Source: Eledone cirrhosa (taxonomy: Eukaryota). Taken from it: a stretch of 64,000 nucleotides of DNA. Of the stretch, positions 39,641 to 53,505 are shown one piece after another. Below the pieces are notes generated by a model that saw only the letters and a program-made list of their open reading frames with translations, ran no database searches and had not been told where the DNA came from. Every line of letters begins with the position of its first letter. Position 1 is the first letter of the stretch. Location: the NCBI GenBank assembly GCA_964016885.1, contig CAXHJY010001109.1, forward strand, positions 37,614 through 101,613, written 5' to 3'. The translations under genes were made by a program, and so were the position numbers.

Positions 39641-40242
39641 ACCTACCACTAACTCCTCCCTTTTTACCTTAGCCATAGAGTTCTCTCAATTAGCAAAAAA
39701 CAGACAATCACACACTCAGGTAGTAGACAGCTAAGATCGTTTGCGCACTTACAAACGGTACTCGGTTTGTTTCCACTGAGTTCTCACAGCTGAGTGCACA
39801 TTTACCATTACTTTAGAATACCTAGTTAGTAAATAGTTAGAATGATTACACACTCAGTTAAGACCGATTACGCGCATTCACCATTACTTTAGAATACCCT
39901 AACCATTGAGTTCTCTAGGTTAGTAAATAGTTAGACGTATTACACACTCAGTTAAGACCGATTACGCTCTTTATACATAAATCTACACACAGTACCCGGT
40001 TTCTTTAGACACGGAGTTCCCACAGTTATGACTGGTCACGATCTTATCAATTGAACACTACACTAGGTTTTGATCCGTGATCATCTAACCATGGAGTGCT
40101 CACGGTTACTGATTGGACAATACTACTTTACACACCATTAATGGGCTTACACACATCCCCGGGGTTTTGTTATTCTTTTTTTATTTTATTTTATTTTATT
40201 TTATTTTATTTTATTTTATTTTAATTTTTATTTTTGTGTTAG

Positions 40243-40404
40243 ATACCACTAAGTGCACATCTAGACATATGCGCAAGTAATAAGACACCCAAATTCCAAG
40301 TCTTCCCATTTTACCTTTGCGCTGACAATACAACAGAACAAATACGAATAAATAAGGAAAATATGTTTATTCAAAAATATAGACCAGCATTAAATATAGT
40401 TTAA
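40243..40404 (+). pseudogene. PLE endonuclease C-terminal fragment (non-Naiad type)
   Basis: PLSAHLDIC..FQVFPFY..RINKENMFIQKYRPALN*. Confidence 0.65.
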
Positions 40405-40574
40405 TATACATTATGTCATCACCATAACATGCTAACCATCCAAACAGACACATACATACACACACACATAACACCTTCTACTTTAGAAAATAAAACCCAG
40501 AACTAAATAAACCTTAACATGCGTTAATAAACACCTTAACATGCTAACCACACCCCACACACACATAACTCCCT

Positions 40575-40753
40575 CCCAACATGCTAAAATAGAACATGAG
40601 GGCAAGTTAGAGAACATAGAAATAAAAATAAAATCTACACACAGAAAAGACGCAATGTTTAGACAAATCACAGAGGCAATCAACATAAATGAACTCCAAC
40701 CAAAATTAAATAGAAAACATGAATGGAATAGCAACATCACAACTTACTATTAA
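40575..40753 (+). pseudogene. PLE endonuclease C-terminal fragment
   Basis: H...EH..RQITEAININELQPKLNRKHEW. Confidence 0.7.
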
Positions 40754-40956
40754 GGACAAAAAAAATGAAAACACACACACACATAGAACAAACAACTAAC
40801 TAGTAACATGTAAATAAACAAATAAATAAACAAATAAAAACACACACAGGCATCCGGATGTAACACATGCGCAAACTAAGCACACAACACACACAAAAAC
40901 AAGATGGCGTAGGACAGAACAAAGGAGAGGCAGAAAAACAAAGAAAAGAACCTCCA

Positions 40957-40999
40957 GTCACTGAAGAGGTCACAGAATGTGTGACGAAAGGACTTTGAC
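40957..40999 (+). ncRNA. Candidate minimal type I hammerhead downstream of the PLE fragment
   Basis: GUCA-CUGAAGA-G-GUCACA-GAAUG-UGUGAC-GAAAG-GA-CUU-UGAC. Confidence 0.65.
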
Positions 41000-41180
41000 A
41001 ATATATAAACAACCATCCGGTTGTGGAACCAACCAACCAACCGGAAAGTTATAATAAATTGACGTGAAAGCAACTGGTGCGTGTGTTTCTTATTGGCAAC
41101 ATGACCCTCCCAAAGTATAACAATATCGGTTTCAACGCACGTTTTCAGATAATGGATCTTGCTAAACAAATTCAGAAGCG

Positions 41181-41228
<48 letters not shown>

Positions 41229-41295
41229 CTAGTGTTACGTCAATGTCCTGTTTGTAAAATCAGGTAACTTTCTTCCTATTTGCTCTTCCCACTTA

Positions 41296-42167
41296 TCTAT
41301 ATATATAAAACTGAGGATGTCTGTGTGTGTGAGTTTGAATTCCTAAAACTCGAGAAACACCCAACCGACTCTTTTCAAACTTTACACATGTAATACTTAT
41401 GTTTCAGGGAGTGTTCTGAGCAAAATAAATTTCAAATTTTCAATGCCCTAGGGACCGCATTAGACAATTTAGTGATCTCTCTCTATAATTCTTAGTCTTT
41501 CTCTTTTTAGATACATACATATAACGTCGCACCCTTATAATATCTGTCTGTATGTCTAGCTGTCTGCATTAATGTCACTCCCCTGAGGATGTGTGTGTGT
41601 GTGTGTGTGTCTGTGTGTGTGTGTGTGTGTGTGTGAGTTTGAATCCATAAAATTCGAGAACTACCCAACCGATTTTTTTCAAACTTTACATGTGTATTAC
41701 TTATGTTTCAGAGACTTTTTGATCTCCTAGGGCTCGCATTAGGTAAAAAACTGCGTTTTTAAGCTTTTTATGGTTTCTTTGAGGCGTTACGTCAGACCGA
41801 TTTCCTTGAAATTGTAACTATGTATTAGTCAGTCTCTTCTTCATACCGTGAGTAAAGAAAATCCAACTTTTTTTTATGACCTAGGGCCCGCATTAGGTGA
41901 AAAACTTCATTTGTTCAGCTTCTTAGGGCTTTTTGGAGACGTTACGTCTAGCCCATTTTCCCGAAATTTCAAGGCATATTAGGTACATAAAAAAATTCAT
42001 TTTCTTCATTAGGTGGGTGAAAATCTGCATTTTTCCTGTTTCATCGAGGAAAATCTTAAAGATTATCCAGCCATCAGAGTATTCGGTTTATTTTCTTTAC
42101 ATATTGTCCTAGCATGCAGTTTTTCCACGATTAGGTGTTCCCGTGCAACGCCGGGTACCACTGCTAG
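41296..42167 (+). mobile_element. Non-autonomous Helitron
   Basis: A|TCTATATATATAAAACTGA 5' end; CCCGTGCAACGCCGGG hairpin then CTAG|T; internal duplication. Confidence 0.85.
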
Positions 42168-42315
42168 TAATTTTATAAAGCTGACTAATTGATTATATAT
42201 TTAATTAATTAATTTATCAAGCAAAACTGGTAAAGGATGAACACACATATATATATATATTATATATATATCAGACTGGAGGCGGTAAAAACCAGTTAGG
42301 CCATTAGTCACCAGA

Positions 42316-42348
<33 letters not shown>

Positions 42349-42352
42349 TTCT

Positions 42353-42790
42353 CAGAAAAATGGGGTAACTCGGCATATGGAAGCTGCTAGAACAGCAAAA
42401 TACCGTCGAAGCGGTGTTAGGTAAATATTACCTCGAAGTACAGAGATCAGCGGCTAGATCTGAGTTGACTGGAAGGAAGGAAGAGAAGATAGGATGGGCT
42501 ATATGAGCGAAGATATTTATTTTTCCGTTACGAGCCTCCTACTCTTCGCAGTAATCTCATTAATTCGTCAAAACTGCAGAGGTTGAGATCTGAAGAGCAT
42601 ATGTTGTGACCTGTTCGCTTTCTTCCATTCTATTTCCTCCATCCTATCTTCTCTTCCTTCCTTCCAGTCAACTCACATCTAGTCGCTGATCTCTGTCCTT
42701 CCAGGTAATATTTTACCCAACGCCGCTTCGACGGTATTTTTCTGTTCTAACAGCTTCCATACGCCGAGTTTTAATATTTTCCTGGGAATC
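42353..42790. mobile_element. Foldback/MITE-like element
   Basis: Imperfect ~130-bp inverted arms 42368-42497 and 42639-42770, between (TA)n tracts. Confidence 0.65.
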
Positions 42791-42869
42791 CTAATACACT
42801 CGCGTCTCCAAACACTATTTTCCAGTTAATTTGTTTATATATATATATATATATAAAATATGTGTGTAT

Positions 42870-42910
<41 letters not shown>

Positions 42911-42912
<2 letters not shown>

Positions 42913-45900
42913 TCATCATCATCATCATCATCGTTTAACGTCTATCTGCCACGCTAGCATGGGTTTAGACAGGAATTGTCCCACTTGAGGCAAGTTTGGT
43001 TGTCTTGCTCGTATAGGAACTGTTTGGCAGATTTTCTACGGCTGGATGCCCTTCCTAACACCAACCACGTTTACAGTGTGGACTGGGAGGTTTTTACCGT
43101 GTTACCTACACGGCCACATTACAGCGTGGACTGTGTGTTTTTTTATCGTGACACCTGCACGACCTCATTTATTTAGGACTGGATGTTGTGGTACCAACAT
43201 AACTTTACAGAGAAAGGGGTGGTGTCGGGGGCGGTAGTGGGAGGCTGGTGTATATTTGATTAAGAGGTACCTACTGACTTTAGGTTTCGCTTTGTACTTA
43301 GGTAAGGCGGGTCTTCTGTATTACTGCGTAGCGCCAAAGATCTCGGTCCAGTGACATTGTCTTAGAGAGGTGAAAGTGTGTGAGGTCGGAATTTATCAAA
43401 TCGTCCCATGGTTTTCTGGGTCTGCCTACTCCGTGACTTCCGTCAATTTTTATCGCCCTGCACTTTTTTATACAGCTGTCGTCTTTCATGCGCATCACGT
43501 GACCATACAAACGCAGTCTTCTCTCGAGTAAACAGCATCTGATCCCTCTTATACCTAATTTGTCACTTAGTTCATTTATGCTTTGCTGCTCACGTATATT
43601 ACTATTACACATCCAGCGGAGTATGCATGCTTCGTTCCTCTCCAGTCTGCGTATATCCTCTGCACACAATGCCCAGGTATCACTGCCATGTAACATTGCT
43701 GTTCGCATGCAGGCATCATGCAGCCTGCCTTTCATTTTTAGAGAGAACCCTTTAGCGGCCAATAGTGGTATAAGCTCTCTGAACTTTTTCCATCCCGTTC
43801 TGACTCTAGCTACTGTACTTTCTGAGCCCCCTCCACTACTGCTGATATTGTCACCCAGGTAACGGAAGGTGTCCACTATTTCTATAGAGCCATCTGGGCA
43901 ATAGAATGAACTAGTATCCTGTGGGCGCTTGCTACTTATTGCACCTGAGCATCGGCCACATATAAAATCTATGTTCTTAGATAGCTTACCTGTGATCCCA
44001 CTACATCTTTTATGCACCCATACTTTGCATTTGGGACATAAACTGGAATTTCTGCCTACTCCTTTCCTACACATTGAGTGTGGCCATTTCCCAGAGGGGA
44101 CCTGTGCCCTATTTTCCTTCCTACATACTAGAACTTTAGTCTTAGACAGGTTAACTTTAAGGCCTTTTGATTCTAGGCCATGCTTCCATGTTTGGAATTT
44201 CTTTTCTAGTTCATCCATCGATTCAGCTATGAGCGTTAGATCATTTGCATAGAGAAGTTCCCATGGGCAGCCGGTCTTGAACTCCTCTGTTATAGCCTGA
44301 GGGGTAATAATAAATAGGAGGGGGCTAAGGACAGAGCCCTGATGAACACCAACTTTTATGCTAAATTCTTCACTATATTCGTTGTTAATTCTAACCTTAC
44401 TGACTGTTTCTTTATACATGGCTTGTATAGCTCTCACAAGCCATTCATCAACTCCTTGTTTTCTAAGGGCCCACCAGATAATGGCACGGGGGACTCTGTC
44501 AAATGCGTTCTCCAAGTCAACAAAAGCTAAATATAGGGGTTTACTTTTAGCCAGGTACTTCTTTTGTAGTTGTCGTACAAGGAAAAGAGCTCTGTTGTAC
44601 TTTTACCTGATACAAACCCAAACTGCATTTCGTCTAGATAAATTTGCTCTCTGATTAGTTGCGCTATTACTTTTTCTGTGACCTTCATGACCTGGTCAAT
44701 TAATTTAATGCCTCTATAGTTTCCCCTATCTAGGGCATCTCCTTTACCCTTGTAGCAGTTAATGATGCTGCTGCTACGCCAGTCATTTGGTATGACCCCC
44801 GTCTGTATGACTTGGTTTACTATCCGGGTGACCATGGTGTGTCCCACCGTTCCAGATGCTTTCAGCATTTCCGCAACTATCTCCGAAGGCCCAGCCGCCT
44901 TGTCTGTCTTCATATCTTTGATTGCCTTACTTATTATACTACCTTCAACTTGCACTGCTGGTCCCTCTATTGGATCGATGTGGGGTAGACTATCTTTGTC
45001 CCATTTATTTTCCTCATTTAGTAGCCTCTCGTAGTGACACTTCCAAGCTACCTCCTTATCAGCGTCAGTGATGGTAAGTACACCATCATCATTACCGACA
45101 CACTTCTCCTCGACAATATCACGGTTTTCCTTGACACATTGCCTCGGAATCCTGAACACCTCACGTTTTTGGTCCTCGCGTTGTAGAACATGCTTGAACT
45201 TTCTTTCCTCTGCTTCCCTTCTTACAAAGTACACTTGTCTCCTAGCTACCCTCCTGGCCACTAGATAGTGTTCTCTAATTCCCCCATCCCGCCATACTTT
45301 CCAAGCCTGCTTTTTGGCCTTGATTGACTCCTCCACCTTACTGTTCCACCACTAAGTTACTCTCCTCCTGCCTATAGGTCTGCTCCAGCCACAGATTTCG
45401 TCTGTCGACTTCAGCAGGTTAACTTTCAAGAATTCACACTGTTCCTCTATATTGTACGACTCTAATTGCTCTTCCTTACTGTCAAAAGCATGAAGTAATA
45501 TGCTTTTAAATTTGTTACTGGCTGTGGGGTCCTTTAACTTCCATATTCTTCTCCTGAGGGTAGACCTCCTCTGTTGTCGAGTACGTCTCGTCCTGACTAT
45601 GAGGTCGCTAACTATGAGGCTATGTTGGGAGGTGCATTCTTCATGGGGGAAGGATTTAGTGTTTACAACAGACACTCTGTCACGTATTCTGGTAAGGATA
45701 TAATCTATCTGACTGGCGTGTTCCCCTGATCTATAGGTGATCAAGTGATTGTCTCGTTTTTTAAGTTTGTGTTACAGATAGTTAGGTTATTTGCGTCACA
45801 GAATTCCAGGATTCTCGAGCCTTCCTCATTTCTAGTGCCAAACCCATAGCCTCCATGGAATCTGTCATAGCCGTCACAATTTTATCCAACATGACGATTT

Positions 45901-45932
45901 AGGTCGCCAGCAATAATCATGTAGTCACTGTC

Positions 45933-45935
<3 letters not shown>
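42911..45935 (-). mobile_element. Decayed 5'-truncated RTE-clade LINE with (TGA)n-tailed 3' end
   Basis: AGDLN, SQIDY, SQH (APE); YRGIKL, MQFGF, AFDRVP, GVHQGSVLSP, LLYAND (RT); Cys-rich finger C..C..WVHKRC..C..C; stops and frameshifts; 42911-43100 may be a separate SINE. Confidence 0.88.
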
Positions 45936-46021
<86 letters not shown>

Positions 46022-46168
46022 TATTTTCCGTTGTGTTGTAATATAAATATTACACACAGTAGATTATCAGCTCACGTAGAGTTTGCTCGACGGTTCCAGT
46101 TGTAGTTCCAAAAGTAATCCGGAGAAAAATAGAAAGATTTGAATGGATACAGTTTAGTTGAAAGGAAT

Positions 46169-46288
46169 TTATTGACACGTGTTTCTATAACAGTTACATA
46201 ACCTAAAACAGCTGCTATCTACAAACTTTTAGTTATGCAGACATTCAATATTTCAATGTTATTATTTACTGTCATTTCATCAGAATAA
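46169..46288 (-). ncRNA. Type I hammerhead with ~90-nt branched stem II domain
   Basis: UUAUU-CUGAUGA-A-AUGACAG..CUGUUAU-A-GAA-ACACGUGU-C-AAUAA; downstream of and sense to the 47192 PLE ORF. Confidence 0.8.
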
Positions 46289-46844
46289 TATTACTGAGGA
46301 CCTATTTAGTTTTTATAGAGAATATTAGGAGGGAGGGGTGAAGTTGTTAGAAGAATAGTTGAAGGAGTGGTTTTTCGATAGCAGTGAGAATTCTTGGTGG
46401 CAGTGAGTAATTAGATTCCCATCTGTTGTTTTGACATTTTTTATAGAATATATTATTGGTTATTTTTCTAAATCTATAGAAGGATTAGAGATAGTAAAGA
46501 TATGCGTGGTTGGTTTTGTGTTTGCACTTAATTAACATTCAGACTTAAATTTTTCTTTCAAGTGTACGTATCCTTTCACCCACGCATTCACACACAAATA
46601 TATTTGCACACCTCTACAAAATACATATACTCACAATTCACATATTCATACTTACATATATATACACATGCATACACATATATATACACACATGTATTCA
46701 TGTACATACATACGCGCTCATGTGTATACATTTTCATACTCAACTTATCTTTATATACACACGTATAGACACACACATATATACATACATACTCTAGTCC
46801 ATGTGTACACACATACACATACATACACATCTATATACACATAT

Positions 46845-46911
<67 letters not shown>

Positions 46912-47191
46912 ATATATATATAAGCACTTTAATACATGAATACACTTACATCTAACTATACACATCAAACATATATATATATTTACTTATTTATATACAT
47001 TTTCACATATATATACATACTTATGGACGTTTTTAGACACATTCATTATCGCATATTTGCACCTATTCTCATCAGCATATCTTTCCATTATTAGTGTGGT
47101 AATTTAAGGTTATTAATATATGTTGAGAAGAGATTGTTTTTATATTTTTCTAACTAGATTAAGGTTTATATAGTTGGGGGATGTCCCTCTT

Positions 47192-47829
47192 TTATGTAAT
47201 ATTCGGCTTGTAGTGGGAAAAAAGGGTTTTAGTTCTGTGACGGCAGAATAATGTTCGTTCAATTCTGTTATTCAGCAGTTTCTTCTTGTGTGTGATTATG
47301 TAATAAATCTCAAGATTACACAATTTGCAGAAATTTTGGCTCCTGCAAAAGCTTTGGGTTTTAGCTAATTTCTCCCATTTTAGGGTAAACTTTTGATCGC
47401 TATCCCTGAGCGTCCAAGCTTTTTCTGCTAAAGTTGTTACATTTCTTTGGCTCTGGTGTTTTATTGAGTAAGAATGCCTATACAATCGAGATTTAAACGA
47501 TGTTGCCGTTGATCCCACGTAATACCACTCGTTGCCTCCGGATTTAATGGTACACTTATAAATAATATTTTTTTCCAGGCAGTTATTGCCGAGGGGGCAG
47601 TTGTCAGGATAGGTGTAGTTACAGTTGTGTACGTTGGGTTTTCTCTGGAGTAGTATTGCGGACGAACTTAGGTGTGGTTTATTTATGTTCTGTAGTGTAT
47701 TGTCTACTGTTTTTTTTGTGTTCTTTGTACTTAAGTTTTTAGTGTTTTCGTTTAACCTTCTAGTATTGATCTTTTTTATGTGTTGTTCAAGGTTTAACGC
47801 TGTAGAGTATGACAGTCTTATAGTGGTAA

Positions 47830-47835
<6 letters not shown>
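47192..47835 (-). pseudogene. Naiad-type PLE GIY-YIG fragment
   Basis: IRLSYST, CPLGNNC..NIIY, YYVGSTATSFKSR, CKLCNLE, CRH; 5' end at (TA)n. Confidence 0.88.
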
Positions 47836-47904
<69 letters not shown>

Positions 47905-48029
47905 GTACAAAAGCACGCAGGCAAACTCTCACACACCTGGAACACAAGAGGGATGTGTCTACACAATGCAGCTCAACCACGGAGTTGATTAAACGTTTTC
48001 TTACAAATTTCAGCATGTTGTGGTTAAAG

Positions 48030-49310
48030 GAATACGATCAAATTCAGCGAAAGTCAGTAGTGGAGTCCCACAAGGCACTGTGTTGGGCCAACTTGTTTAG
48101 CAGAATCGGTAGAGCGTCGAACACCATGTTTTGCAGTACAGAGTTACGGCCCTTTATGTTCTGAGTTCAAATCTTGCCGAGGTTAACTTTGCCTTTCATC
48201 CTTACGGTGTGGATAAAATAAAGTACCAGTAATGTATTGGAGTCGACTTAATTGACTTTCCCCTCCCTCCAAATTGCTGGCCTTGTGCCTAAATCAGAAA
48301 CCATTATTTACATAAATGACATCATAGACGTCATCAAGCACAGCAAAATAAGAATTTTCACGATGATTCCAAGCTCCAGAAGATCATCGTCTGAGTGGGA
48401 GACCGGACAACCCTTCAATCGGATCTACTTGCTGATATCCAATGGACGACAACAAAGCAATATGCTACTAGACGAGGATAAATTTGAATTATTCCACTTT
48501 GGAAAAGAGAATGCATTAAAGTTATATTCTCTTCCCTCGGGTAAAACTCTCGTGACATCAAACAACACTAGAGACCTTAGAGTAATTGTTGATAACTTAA
48601 GCTGGAGTAAGCAACAAAGCAACAAAGTTGACTTGGTCCGCAGAATGTTTTCCTGGATTCTCAGAACTTTCCGGTCTAGAGAAATTCACACCATCATCCC
48701 ACTCTACTCTGCCCTTGCTCGACCCCACCTTGAATACTTTTGTCCACTGCGGTTTCCTTCCACGAAACAAAGTATTATGAAAATTGAAGGTCCCCAAGTG
48801 TCAATTACAAAAAACATAAGCGGAATGACAGGCCTTAACTATTGGGGTCGACTAGAAAAACTCAGACTCTACCGTGAGCGCCACATCCTCTGTATGCTTT
48901 GGAAACTATTCCATTAGTATTTCCAAAATGATGTTGGCTCACGTTTAAAATCTAGCCAAGGTTTGATCCCCGTGCTGCCCACTACAAAAATCCAACTCTC
49001 ATCTCATAACAACGATACGACACTACTACTTCACCTCAACTGCTCCCGCTCTCTATCATACCAAAATACATCAAGACAGAAATATCTCATAATATTCAAA
49101 GATTCCATAGACAAATTCCTTCAAGAAATCCCGGATAAATCCCCTACACCCGGATATGTTTCCGAAGCAACAAATCTGTGCTAGAATGGGCCACAGTGTC
49201 CAAAACATGACTAAATTTGGAAACCCATAATCTGAAAGGCTTCGTCAGGTAGTGCTATTAAGTTAGACATAGCCAGGGCCAGTATTGGCCGAAACCTATC
49301 AAAGTTAAGT
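48030..49310 (+). mobile_element. Decayed CR1-like LINE 3' fragment interrupted by a SINE (~48085-48305)
   Basis: SGVPQGTVLG, then SINE, then IYINDI..IF.DD, RDL.VIVD, LY..LARPHLEY, Y..RLEKLRL. Confidence 0.8.
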
Positions 49311-49489
49311 ATAAATAACACACACATATAATATATATATTTATATATATACATACACTAACACACATATGCACACACACATATATATATATGTCGTCTA
49401 TATTATATATATATATATATGTGTGTCTGTTCTATATGTCATATATATTTCGTCTATATATATATATATATATATTCATCTATTCCATC

Positions 49490-49868
49490 CTTTGAATGAA
49501 CGAATGACGACAGCGTAGGGTAAAGACGAGCTTTTGGTCTTGCTGTGGAAAAAACAACCTCTCTAGTGCTGGTGCCACGATAAAATACACCCAGTACACA
49601 CTGTAACGTGGTCGTGCTGGTGCCACGATAAAATACACTTTTAGACTCTGTAAATTGGTAGTTTGTTGTCGTGATAAAATACACCCAGTACACTCTCTAC
49701 AGTGGCAAGCTTTCTTTAGGAAGGGCATCCAAAATATGGAGCGTACGAACGAGACGTGGTATCCGACCATCCGTTATGATGACAGTAACTCTCAATGACA
49801 ACTGATTTAGTCGTGCTCGCTCGTGCGACCATGAAAATAACGGGCGTGAATTGATGATGATGATGATG
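49490..49868 (+). mobile_element. SINE-like element with internal ~48-55-bp triplication and (TGA)n tail
   Basis: CCACGATAAAATACAC-like motif three times, TTAGGAAGGGCATCCA, TGATGATGA. Confidence 0.55.
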
Positions 49869-50614
49869 TGGGGTTGAGTGGGTTATGTGTGACTGGGTGT
49901 ATTTCAGTAAATACCCACTTACATTCAATGAGTTGGCAGTTTATTGAATAACTGGTGCGCTCATCGTCGAAACGGGTGGACATCCGTTAACTTTAATCAT
50001 ATGCTGTTTACCTATGTATAAACAAATGTTTTATCATATTGACAATCTAGAAATTAAGGAGATAGGTGGGAGGAAGAGTCGATAGTAAAGTTAGTGGGAG
50101 GGGTGGCAAAGTTTTCAGAAGTTATTGATTATATAAATTGATTTAGTAAATCCCCACCCATTCATTCATGACTATAAATTCTCAGGAATGCTTCACTTCT
50201 TTTTTACGATTGGACAGTTTCTTTTTTAAATCTAAATTAAAAAAAGCGGCCGAGGTATAGAATTGATAAATAGAGATCGTCGGTCAGATAATCGCTATTA
50301 CTCGCCAATGTGCCTTAAGAAGACAGTTTATAGTCCTTCCAACTCGTTAAAACAAAAAAAAAACCACGCAGGTAAATTGCCTTTTTATTTAATTATACCT
50401 TTTAAATAATAATTAGTCTTTTAATCTGTTTAAAGATTCTGTCTGCTTCTTTCTTTTTTTGTTTTGTTCTTCCTATGACTTGAAATTTCCGAAGTTATAA
50501 GAGTTATTTAAAAACAGTTGAACCCTTGGTCTTTGTTTATTAAGGTGTCCTTGGTGAATTTCGGGCAATTTCTTTTTTTCTGACCCCGTCTCCAAAACAA
50601 GTGTAATAGTAAAA

Positions 50615-51765
50615 TAATTGTTTCTACTTTTGGCAAAAGGCCAGCAATTACCCAGTGTATTACTGGTACTTTATTTTATCGAACCCGAAAGGATGAAAGG
50701 CAAAGTTAACCTCGGCGGGATTTGAATTTAGAATATAAAGGGACGTGACTCTATGCCGCAACAATAATAATGTTATGGGTAGTTAGTTGATAGGCATAAT
50801 TAGAATTTTGAAGGTGAAATTTGTTTTTCCTATGATTTTTTGCTATTTTGGACATATGGTCTTCAAAGCCGTCGTCAATTCTACTTTTTCTCTGGTTCAC
50901 CCACCCAACGTAACATCTCGGGGAGGAATGGAATGATAAAAATTAACGACTTTTCGGTATGATTGAGTCATTAGAAATTGCACTGGGGTCTTTTTTTTTT
51001 TTTTTTTTTGTATAGTCTCATAATGTTGGCAATTGCATTCCCCCAACAATATATCAACATACTTGGCTATAAACTTGTTTTACCATGCCATGGCTCTGTA
51101 ACACCTCATGAAGTCGTAGTGGTGCTGAAGTGTCATTCTGTGTATATTGAACATTTTAACCTGGCAGAGCTCATCGCTCTCCACAGTTGAACACATCCGA
51201 GTTTTTCAGCAACAACAAAGGAAGAATCGACCCCAGTACTAAACTGGTACTTTTCTTTACCAACTTCGAAAGTATGAAAGACAAAGTTGATCTGAGCAGG
51301 ATTTTTAACTGAGAGGGCAGAGAACTGGAACGAGTACAGCAAAGCATTCTAGTCGACGTTCTAACGAATCTGTTATTTTTCATAGATGAAAACGTATTGA
51401 TTTTTATTTACAGTAATAATAATAATTGTTCCTACTTTTGCCACAAGGCCAGCAATTATCCCAGTGCATTACTGGTACTTTATTTTATCGACCCCATAGG
51501 GATGAAAGGCAAAGTTAACCTCGGCGGGATTTGGCAACAATAATAATAATAGTTTCTTATATATGCACAAGGCCAGCAATTTTGGGGGAGGGGAAAGTCG
51601 ATTAAATCGATCCCAGTACGTTACTGGTACTTTATTTTATCGACCCCGTAAGGATGAAAGGCAAAGTTAACCTCGGCGGGATTTGAACTATGACCGTAAG
51701 TGGGCGTAACTCTATGCTGCAAGGCATAGCGTCCGACCTTCTACCGATGCTGCCAATACACCGCC
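50615..51765 (-). mobile_element. Cluster of four tRNA-derived SINE copies (~50615-50760, 51215-51375, 51420-51535, 51550-51765)
   Basis: Each has CTGGTACTT..GGATGAAAGGCAAAGTT-like core. Confidence 0.75.
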
Positions 51766-52092
51766 TTTATAAAGTTATAATAATAATGGCAACAATAATA
51801 ACAATAATAAAAAAAGAAAAAGTAACGAAGGAAAAAAGAATAGGAAAATATAGAGAAAAATAAACAAAAAAGAACGGGAAGAGGAGGGGTGGCAAGAATT
51901 CTAGTGTCGCGGAAGAAAGGGGAGGGTGATTAGGATTTGGGCCTAGGACATGGGTGCAGAAGAGCCGCGGACAAGATCTAAAAAGCATTCCCGCGGACAA
52001 TGGCCAGTGACACTCTCTGCAATAGCCATCCAACTTCGTGGGGCTCCCTCTTCAGAAACACCATATTTAATGAAAGTTAACGACACGATTAA

Positions 52093-53505
52093 TCTATACA
52101 TATATATAAGACTGAAATTGTATCTGTGTGTGTGTCCTAATTTTTGCAAAGTCTATGCAAATCCGCATTTCTACTTCGATTGACTTCAAACTTGCATTTA
52201 TATATTCCTTGCAGTCTACAGATATTAACTGCAGCTTTTATTTTTTAATTTTCTGTTGTTAAAGGGGTGTTAGGCGCCAGTTATCCATCTCTCTCTCTTT
52301 CTTAGTCTGTCTTTTTAGATAGATACATAATATGTCTGTATATATTACGACATTGACAAAAATTGTTCTCATTGCTGACATATTATCTTCGCTATTTTCC
52401 GTTCATTGCCAGGGAACGTCTTCACGAACCAAAGTATCGTCTTCCTGTTTTCCTTCGGTTGCAACGTTTTTCGAAATATTTACTTCTGCATTCACAGATT
52501 GATTTTTTTTTTTAGTTTCAGAAGATCCCGTTAAGGGTGAAAGCAGCGATTCTTTGCTTAAACTTTAATTTTAATATATATATATATATAATTATATATT
52601 CATCTACAGATATTTTTGCATACACAAAAACAAAATATAAACAAACTTATTTATTTCACGAAAGCACAGACAGCTTATCGCCATTGTTACTGCCGATATG
52701 CCACCCCAAAAGTCCCACTACTTTTGGCACAAGACCAGCAATTACATAGTCAACGGTTCGGAAATCACATGCATCACTGACGAGTTTTCTCCTTACTCTA
52801 CCAGTTAGTCTTAGTGTACTTCGTCCTGCTTTTAGGTCATGCCTCGAAGGAAGAGATACTCCATTGGCCGAAATACTGCGAAAGAGGCAAGAAAAAGAAC
52901 AAGACGGGCAAACGAATCGTCAGTGGAATCTGCTATTCGACGGTCAGAAGATGCTGAACGTACTGCCACCAGAAGAGCACTTGAAACAGACAACCAACGA
53001 ACCATTCGCCGAACCGTGTCAGCTTTGCAATGTCTATTCAACAAATTCCAGGGTCAGACCCTAGCTGTTGCTGGTCTTATTTTGGAAGTCATATTTTTCA
53101 CACTATGCGTTGGCTGCTCAAGAGTGGGAAGCAATACAAATCTCTTTCCATGTGCCCGACACGGAAGAACGAGGAACATTGTGTACAAAGAGGTGCTACA
53201 TTCATTGTTTAGATAGACGAAGCAGAAGGGGATATTCACGATTGGCTGAAGAAGGACGAGACTGTGTTAGTAGTACGACCAACGGCTGCTATCACACCAC
53301 CAGCAGCAAAAACAACAAAAAAGAGAGGGAACGCAATTACATGCTTTTTGAAAAGTCTTAATGGAAAATTATTTGCCTAAGCACAAAATGTAGACACCAT
53401 CCCCAGGCCGAGGTATTCTGTACTTCTCTGTACTGTTTCAGAAAGGAGGGATAAACATGGCAATCTATGTTTAGAAGCCCGAGCAACGCCGGGCCATTCT
53501 GCTAG
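52093..53505 (+). mobile_element. Internally deleted Helitron
   Basis: A|TCTATAC 5' end; CCCGAGCAACGCCGGG hairpin plus CTAG|T at 53502-53505; RepHel remnants inside. Confidence 0.85.
52839..53216 (+). pseudogene. Helitron RepHel remnant: N-terminus joined in frame to PIF1-helicase C-terminus
   Basis: MPRRKR.SIGR..Arg-rich start; NKFQGQTL..GL.L..CVGCSRVG..TRNIVYKEVL. Confidence 0.8.

Noticed and set aside
47020-47080. Minus-strand CTGATGA as a hammerhead
   Set aside because: No GAAA and no credible stem II
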